Made by a program: the position numbers and the translations under genes. From contig NC_068999.1 of NCBI RefSeq assembly GCF_001194135.2, forward strand, positions 47,744,532 to 47,790,197: a stretch of 45,666 nt of DNA, written 5' to 3'. The DNA comes from Octopus bimaculoides. Lineage: Eukaryota. Each line of letters starts with the position of its first letter. Positions within the stretch are counted from its first letter, which is position 1. Positions 37,659-45,666 of the stretch are shown piece by piece. Below the pieces are notes generated by a model. The model searched no databases. It was given only the letters and a program-made list of their open reading frames with translations, and was not told the DNA's origin.

Positions 37659-38862
37659 CCAGGCACTCAACTATAAGTCCACTGCAACTTATAGCAGAAA
37701 CACTGTGAGCTTATGAAGTTCATAAGACAATTGCTTACTTCTTTGTCATCTCATTTTCTTATTACCATTCTGTAATCAACTAACGCTTTGTTCTGAAGAA
37801 TACGCATATTGAGTTCTACACCAGGTTATTAGCCTCATCATGCTTAAGCAAAATACATACAAACAAACAAACATACATACATACATACATACACACATAC
37901 ATACTTTCATGATGATTGCAAACTCGTGGTCGAGTATTGCCATCATCCGATCGAAAGTCCCACACATGCGAAGGCTACGACCAGCCATTTTTGTGATAGG
38001 TCTTACGTTTTTTCAAACGATGTCTGCGCATGATAATCTTTTTTATAGTGGGGAAAGGATTTGCACAAATCCAGTCCCATTCTCTGAAAATGGACAACAT
38101 AAACTCGAAAAGAAGAACTAGTCTATTAGGTTGTTTCGAAAGTAATGGCCGATTTCAGAAACATAATTTTATTTTGGAATAATTAACAATAGAAATGTTT
38201 TGATTAGTCAAAGTATGAGCCGTGAACATCAGTGCATCTCTGCCACCAATCAACGAGATTATTTATGCATCGGGATCGATTTGATCGACTAAAACCCTTG
38301 AAGGTGGTGCTCCAGCATGGCCACAGTCAAATGACCTACACAAGTAAAAGAACAAAATTTGAAACCCTTATGTTATTATATCTGATTCGCAATTGATACC
38401 ATGGATCCCAGACGCCTCATTCACCCATCCACGCCTATGATTCGTTTTTCCTCTGTTTATCCAAACTAGCTGGACCTGTGAATATTTCACAGAATTAATG
38501 GTAAACCTATTGGGTTATTTCTGAAAACCTGAAAGCGCAGCCTGTGATGTGTCTGTATAGAAAAATAGTCACTCATTTGCTACTCACTGAAAAGTGAAAG
38601 AAAGTGGAATACGATGGTTACTTAATGCACTTTATATATACACTTTATACACAGTTTTATAGATTTAATACACCGCACTCATAAAATAAATATTCATTCT
38701 TATATTCAACTTACGATGAAAATAAACAAAGTTTGTTTTAGAAGCGTTGAGATGTATTGAAAGATACAGAAATATTTTTTTTTATTCTCAAACGCGTGAT
38801 AATGTTAATAAAATAGCGTGATTAGGATAGATTATTCACATATTGCAGAAAAATACGTTATC

Positions 38863-38935
38863 GGCCAGCTATGAGACTTGAACCCACATCTCTGTGATTA
38901 CGCGTCAAGTGCTTTACCATTAAGCTAAACTGTCC
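38863..38935 (-). pseudogene. tRNA-Thr(CGT)-like pseudogene or element head
   Basis: 73 nt; D-arm GCT…AGC; loop CG-CGT-AA; T-arm GTGGG-TTCAAGT-CTCAT; mismatched acceptor and anticodon stems. Confidence 0.55.
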
Positions 38936-38954
38936 AGTAACGAAATCTTCTGCA

Positions 38955-39065
38955 ATTTTAGAACTTATAAATTTAGCTTCATAAGACGCTAACGTTCGTT
39001 TACTTTCATTGTAAGTTGAATTTAACGTTAGCGTCTTATGAAGCTAAATTTATAAGTTCTAAAAT
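38955..39065. repeat. perfect 42-bp inverted repeat with a 27-nt spacer
   Basis: 38955-38996 is the exact reverse complement of 39024-39065. Confidence 0.95.
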
Positions 39066-39723
39066 AGTAGAATAATTCTCGGGCTTTTTTTTTCTCACCT
39101 ATGGACCCTTTTGGTTCCTGTTTTACTCGGNNNNNNNNNNTAAAATTTTTTTATTTTTGAATATTATTAAGAATTGGGCACTTTTTGGTTATCTCACCCC
39201 CATTAAAAAATTGTGTTATCTCCCCCAACTAAAAAAATTGTTTAACCCTCAATACTCCCCCACCCCCAAAAAAAAGAAAAATTAATAAACATGAAAAGTG
39301 AAAAGATTAAACATCTTATTGAATCTGATAATATTTTTATAACAAATCATACCATGTCTATCGAGGACGAAAGTCAACAATGTGCTGAAGTATTGGATCA
39401 AAAGGATCTAACCCTTTTAATCCAATCTGGTCGCCACATAAAGTCAACTTTTTAGTGGGGAGATAACCCAATTTTTTAATGGCAATTTTTTTTAATGGGG
39501 GCGAGATAACCAAAAAGTATAAAGAATTGCATTAAAAAATTGTTAAAATATTTTGTGTATTGAAGACGTATAATAAATTTATTTCTCATAAGCTTTAACG
39601 ACAAACTCTTATACGGACCCCCAAGAGTTATAGGGACTCCATTTAAAATTGCTGTTTAAGTCTATCCTATCTTCTTATCGCTAACGTTTCTGCCAGCTCG
39701 TTACCTTGCTACTGTTAAAACTG

Positions 39724-39930
39724 GTTTCAAATTTTGGTAGAAAGCCAGCAAATTCGGGTGAGTGGGTAAGTAGATTACATCGACCCCAGTATTCGATTGG
39801 TACTTATTTTATCGACCCCGAAAGGATGAAAAGCAAAGTCGACCTTTGCGGAAATTGAACTCAAAACGTACGAAATGTCACGAAACATTTTGCCCGGCGT
39901 GCTAACGATTCTACCAAGCTTGTTGCCTTA
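39724..39930 (-). mobile_element. SINE family B, antisense member of a head-to-head pair
   Basis: reverse complement of the family B body. Confidence 0.8.
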
Positions 39931-39979
39931 CTATTGTTAATATTGACGAGATATTCGTTTAATTTATCAAAGGAGATAT

Positions 39980-40189
39980 ATAGCTGGCAGAATCGTTAGT
40001 ACACCGGACAAAATGCTTAGCGGCATATCGTCCGTCTGCATGTTCTGTGTTCAAATTCCGCTGAGGTCGACTTTGCCTTTCATCCTTTATTCTGGGTCGA
40101 TAAAATAAGTACCAGTTGAACTCTGGAGTTGATGTAACCGTCTTATCCCCTTCTCTGAAACTTCTGGCCTTGTACCAAAATTTGAAACC
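39980..40189 (+). mobile_element. SINE family B, sense member of the pair
   Basis: agctggcagaatcgttag head; tail …ggccttgtaccaaaatttgaaacc. Confidence 0.8.
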
Positions 40190-41477
40190 GATATTGACTG
40201 CCGATGTCTTTGTTGTTGATTATCATCGTTCTGGTTCTGTTACTGCCGTTAGAATTCGTTGTTTCCGCCATTGTACGGTTTGTTATTGCATCTTCTCTTC
40301 CTCAACCACCATTTTAAGTTCTTTATCTCTGTTACTATAGACACCACTTCAGAAGTTTCCCTTGTTATTCCCGCTGTTACTTGCAAAAACAATATTACCT
40401 CAATTTCTTCTCTTACTGTTGCATATTTTAGTTTCTCGCCGTTCCTCCGTCATGGGCAAAACACAATATGTCTGGCCATGTTTACAAGGAGACCGTTTTC
40501 AAGTTCAATGAATTCCTTCAATGGAGATTAAAACTGATTGAAACATTTGACCAACTATTAAAGGGGAAAAAAAAGAGATTTCTTCGCGCTTTTTTGCCAA
40601 AAGTTTTGCCCATAATACAGACAAAATAAAAGGGATTATATTCCTGAAAAAGAGCTAACAATAAGATGGCAGTAACAACAAATATCATACTAACAACAAC
40701 AAAATTAAAAATACACAGAATTGGTAAACTTTACAATCATGATATGGTAAAGGATTACCTTTGAAACAAACAATATTTTTCAATTAGTTTAGAATTATAA
40801 TATTTATAACTGAAACAAACAACACAATTTTCAATTGACCTTCCAGTTATTAGGAATGTCGACAGCAGGTAATCCATTGTTTTGAAGGACGAGGCAAGAC
40901 AAAAACGGAAAAAAAGACTCTGGCGTACAGCTCTGAAAGAATACAAATGAAAGTATATAAAAGCCATGAAAATAGATAATAGAAATAAATATATTAGTTG
41001 AAAAGGAAATTTGACATCTGAAATTCGAAGATAGAACATACAATAATACAATAAAGGAAAAGTATAAAACAAAGTTTGCTGCATTACATTGGAAATAAAC
41101 GCATAGCAAAATCTCCATCTTGTTGTTTGTCTCTGAGATTCCACCAAATAGCAGCTGGCTTTTGTGTAGTTTTATCTCAATTCTTTTTCTGTCTTTTAAT
41201 AACATCGTTCAATTATTGTTTTCTTTTGCACGTTAAATTATTGAAACAAAATGGTAATTATTCATACGAAGAATGGAGAAAGGAAAAGAGAAGCAAAAAC
41301 GCTTCTGTGACGAAGTGGAAATACAGCAATGAAGGGTAATAAAACAGAGAATTGAATTCACATGATGTCGCCATTGATCAGTGGATTGGAAAAAGCAGCA
41401 GAGAAATGTGGGGATTGTAACATTCACTTCCTTGATGACATTCCTTCTATTTGTTTATTGAAAATGTAAGACGAAAA

Positions 41478-41540
41478 TTATCTATCTATCTATCTATCTA
41501 TTTACCATTTCTATGTATCTGTCCATCCATCCGTCTTTCT

Positions 41541-41609
<69 letters not shown>

Positions 41610-41655
41610 TTACCATTTCTATGTATCTGTCTGTCCATCCATCCGTTTGTCTTCT
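41478..41655. repeat. (TATC)n microsatellite running into an N-gap
   Basis: direct reading. Confidence 0.95.
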
Positions 41656-42254
41656 NNNNNNNNNNNNNNNNNNNNNNNNNNNNNNNNNNNNNNNNNNNNN
41701 NNNNNNNNNNNNNNNNNNNNNNNNNNNNNNNNNNNNNNNNNNNNNNNNNNNNNNNNNNNNNNNNNNNNNNNNNNNNNNNNNNNNNNNNNNNNNNNNNNNN
41801 NNNNNNNNNNNNNNNNNNNNNNNNNNNNNNNNNNNNNNNNNNNNNNNNNNNNNNNNNNNNNNNNNNNNNNNNNNNNNNNNNNNNNNNNNNNNNNNNNNNN
41901 NNNNNNNNNNNNNNNNNNNNNNNNNNNNNNNNNNNNNNNNNNNNNNNNNNNNNNNNNNNNNNNNNNNNNNNNNNNNNNNNNNNNNNNNNNNNNNNNNNNN
42001 NNNNNNNNNNNNNNNNNNNNNNNNNNNNNNNNNNNNNNNNNNNNNNNNNNNNNNNNNNNNNNNNNNNNNNNNNNNNNNNNNNNNNNNNNNNNNNNNNNNN
42101 NNNNNNATTGTAACTCTATTATATCTGCCTATTTGCATATGCAAAGCAGCCTGTTTGTCATTTTAGCTGTTTATCAGTCGGTACATATGTAGAATAATAT
42201 TAAATAATGATGTACCCTTAACTCACCCCACATGCACACATACGCATAGACATA

Positions 42255-42504
42255 TCTGTGTATGAATGTATGTATGTATGTATGTATGTATGTATGTATG
42301 TATGTATGTATGTATGTATTTATGTATGTATGCATGCATACATGTATGTATGCATGCATGTATGCATGTACGTACATATGTATTTTTGCATGTATGCATT
42401 TATATAAGTGTGTATGTATGCATGTATGTATGTATGTATGTATGTATGTATGCGTGTATCTATGTGTCTGTGTGCGTATGTATTTTTGCATCTATGTATG
42501 TATG

Positions 42505-42538
<34 letters not shown>

Positions 42539-42605
42539 TGCATACATGTATGTATGAATGTATGTATGTATGTATGTATGTATGTATGTATGTATGTATG
42601 TATTT
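42255..42605. repeat. (TATG)n compound microsatellite
   Basis: direct reading; source of the YVCM and YIHT pseudo-ORFs. Confidence 0.95.
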
Positions 42606-42835
42606 GCATGGCTGTGTACTTAAGAAGCTCGCCGTGCTACAACAAGGTTCCGTGTTCAGTCCCACTGCATGGCACCTTGGGCAAGTGTCTTTTACTAGTA
42701 GCTAGCCTTGTGCTGACCAATGCCTTGCGAGTGAATTTAGTTGATGGAAACTGTGTAGGGGCAATTTGTTCGACTTACAACACTTCAAGGCTGTACTCCA
42801 GCATGGCCGCAGTCCAATGACTGGCAGAAGCAAAC
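42604..42835 (+). mobile_element. SINE family A
   Basis: gcatggctgtgtacttaagaag…gttcagtcccactgcatggcaccttggg. Confidence 0.75.
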
Positions 42836-43131
42836 GATATACGTACATATGTATGTGTATTTGTGTGAATGCGAGATAATTGACAACGCATTACTAAATA
42901 GTTTATATATATAGACAAACCAATCTTTGATTGGAACTTTCTGGAAAACAATCGAATCACCCGTAAAATAAGTGACGGAGAAAAATGGTAAAAACTGATT
43001 GAAGCATGAAACAGGGAACAGCATTATTGCCCCAACACCTTCATGTACAACACAGCGCTGAGTATGCGACACCAGTTTGGTCTAATTGTTTGTATATACT
43101 TGGAACGAGAAGATTTGAATATATTCCTTTT

Positions 43132-43306
43132 TACATTATTTACTTTATTTACATTTGACGGATATTATTTGTCCTCATCTTGTTTGTTGTTAACACAACG
43201 TTTCGGCAGATATATTCCCTCCAGCCTTCATCAGCCGAAGCGTTGTGTGAATAACAAACAAGATGAGGACAAATATCCGTCAAATGTAAATAAAGTAAAT
43301 AATGTA
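43132..43306. repeat. about 75-bp-arm hairpin; deletion derivative of the 25.1-25.8 kb element
   Basis: arms 43132-43207 and 43234-43306; same terminal sequence and tail (…catctcttaaatatagaa) as 25750-25825. Confidence 0.85.
43192..43234 (-). ncRNA. minimal hammerhead core within a hairpin element
   Basis: CTGATGA-A-GGCTG(gagggaatatat)CTGCC-GAAAC-GTT-GTGTT; catalytic core intact, 5' strand of stem I lost. Confidence 0.6.
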
Positions 43307-43349
43307 CATAATTCTTCATCTCTTAAATATAGAACTATATTTCTTTCTA

Positions 43350-43875
43350 CAGGGTGTCCACAAAGTCTGGGTACATGGGGGATTAATACATACTTTTAAA
43401 ACAAAAACAATTTTATTTAATTATAATGTTAATAAATAATATTTTCAAAATGATTTCCATCATTTTCAATGCATAACTTGATGCACCTTGCAAAATTCAG
43501 GTGAACCCGATTAAATAAGTCTACATTGCCATCAATTTCAGCACACTGACTGGTAATGCGTTCTCTTGTGTGGTTGAAATCTGTAATCTTTATTGAGTAA
43601 ACTTTCTCTTTCAACATACCCCAGAAAAAGAAGTCAAGGGGAGAAAGGTCTGGTGAACGAGGGGACCATTCCACATGACCCCGTCTTCCAATCCAGCGAG
43701 GAAAAGTGTCATTAAGCCAATCTCTAACAGTTGTGGCAAAATGGGCAGGGGCCATTTTGTATTTTTTTAATTTAATTTAAACAAAAGTAAAAAAGTAAAA
43801 TTATTATTTCTTATATTTAATTGTTTATGTTATGATTTTATTTACTCCATGTACCCAGACTTTGTGGACACCCTG
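43350..43875 (-). mobile_element. Tc1/mariner-superfamily deletion derivative retaining the transposase C-terminus
   Basis: perfect 29-bp TIRs CAGGGTGTCCACAAAGTCTGGGTACATGG; TA on both sides; ORF 43429-43755 with WSPRSPDLSPLDFFFWGMLKEKVY. Confidence 0.93.
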
Positions 43876-44264
43876 TATTATAATCACAATGCCTAAAATT
43901 TTGGTTGAGAGGGATAATCGATTATATCAAAAGTACATACGCACACAGACACTCATAACGCCCGTGAATCGCCAGACGCAATGTTTCGAACTGATTTAGT
44001 CTCCTCAGTGATGAATACCTCAGATGTTCCGAGCTAAATATAAAATATTTATTCCAGTATAGACATTGATAAACAAAACATGTATTGATTTGTACGAAAA
44101 GGACTTAAATTAACAAACGCACGAGATGGTAATAGTAGTAAACGATCACATCATACCTAGATTGTATTTTCTTTGTGAGCAACCGGCAGTATGATTTCTG
44201 TGGAGCCTCGATCTATATACACTTCTTTATAATACATTCGGTAGTACTAATAACCTAAGGGATA

Positions 44265-44420
44265 GATTAGTCGATTGAATATATTCAAATACTTGATTGG
44301 TACTTTATTTATTGACTCTGAAAGGATGGAAAGCAAAGTTAGTCTCGGCGGGATTTGAACTTATAATTTAAAGAGCCGACGGAACTACTGCACGGAATTT
44401 TTTCTCACAACTTTAAGGCG
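44265..44420 (-). mobile_element. SINE family B, degenerate
   Basis: gaaaggatggaaagcaaagtt…gggatttgaac. Confidence 0.6.
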
Positions 44421-45666
44421 GTTCTAATAATAAGCAGGTGCAGCAGACGTACTTGAAGTAATGAAGGAACTCTAAAAATTAATCAACCATTATCAAAAGA
44501 TTTACTTTCCAATAGAAATCCGTTCTATGTAATGTCTGCCCTTAACTAATTTAACTGAGTTGCTTTAATAGAATGAATCTTGGTACAAATGTTACAAGGT
44601 GTCAACAAATGTTTTGTAAATGGAAAATTTCACCCTACAATGCTGACGATAATAGCCTACAAATAACAGACACCGTTACAGAGAGGAAAGAAAACAAGCA
44701 AGGATGCAATAGAAAACACACGAACGAAAAACTGAGTTCTTTTGCCGTTAGAAAATTATATTATTTTGTTGATCCGTTCTTTATACAATACTTATAACAA
44801 AATTCAAGGCGAAACTCGCCCCGGAAGCGACTGCAAGACCGACAGATAGTTATTTTGCCGTTGTTGTCTCTGACAATGTCACATACACGTGTCGCTTCCG
44901 AAACAAGTATGAAGTATATAAACCAATATGAAGCATATAGAAATAGAAATCACGCTGTTTAAGCAGAATAAAATTCTAATTATGCAATAGAAGCTGCTTT
45001 AGAGTAAAATCTTTCTCTATATAACACAGTTAACATATGGGTGTCATTGAAAATCCAGAGGCAGCAGATTTTCGCCCGAGAAAACTCCCTTTGTAGACGT
45101 ATTGTTTTAATACAAAATATACTTCAGAACTAGGCGAAACGAAATCGCCCCGGAAGCGATCTGGAACAATTATACAATTCTTTTTTTTTTTACAATTTGC
45201 ACTCGTTTCATGCTTCTTCACTATTATTGCTTAGATATTTCTCTGCACACTAGCTTGTGGGAACAGCTGACTCTGTACTTGAGATCTTATCTATATAATT
45301 GCTAATTTAATGGCACCTGTTTCAATGTTTCATGGTGTATCACGTATACAATTGATATGGATGATTCTCTTCTTTAGATGTCTATCGTTATATTAAGAGT
45401 TATAGTTGTAGATGGATTTCTGTAACAACGAGACCAAACGTTTATGAATATCCTCTTTGAAGTCATTGATAAAGATCTACTCATCATCCCCTGTTGACAC
45501 TAATGATTGGCCAGTGAACAGACGCGATGATAATTATTGAGATGTATCAGTGATTCTCTTATTTCTGATAATGACTTGTCTGATATTTGTCAACCGGTTG
45601 GCATCTATGCATGGTCTGCTTCAGGCAAGAGCAGTTTGATCGTAATAGAAAAAAAAAAAAAAAAAA

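Noticed and set aside
40755-41205. Minus-strand ORFs or exon candidate near 40831-40930
   Set aside because: Low-complexity AT-rich translation; weak donor; no recognisable protein.
41451-42820. YLSI, YVCM and YIHT-rich ORFs
   Set aside because: Translations of (TATC)n and (TATG)n microsatellites and an N-gap.

Overview
AT-rich, repeat-dense eukaryotic (animal) genomic DNA with eight N-gaps. The SINE, LINE and microsatellite landscape looks like an octopod cephalopod (inference from recalled repeat families, not a database hit). The one securely identified gene is a complete 9-exon GDP-L-fucose synthase (GFUS/TSTA3/FX) on the + strand, CDS 18549..27710, 963 nt, 320 aa. Its 7th intron is a textbook U12-type minor-spliceosome intron. 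The 5' coding exons of an unidentified gene probably lie on the - strand at about 2.9-4.6 kb. A duplicated coding-like segment with a nearby TATA/CCAAT promoter sits at 7.1-10.2 kb. Most of the rest is decayed transposons: RTE and other LINEs, two Tc1/mariner relics, a Chapaev-like relic, hAT and pogo MITEs and many tRNA-derived SINEs. The most unusual signal is a set of fold-back elements that combine an upstream TATA-like motif, a tRNA-like Pol III head and, in one family, a minimal type I hammerhead ribozyme motif (25.1-25.8, 38.9-39.1 and 43.1-43.3 kb). Most ORFs in the supplied track are artefacts of microsatellites or N-runs.
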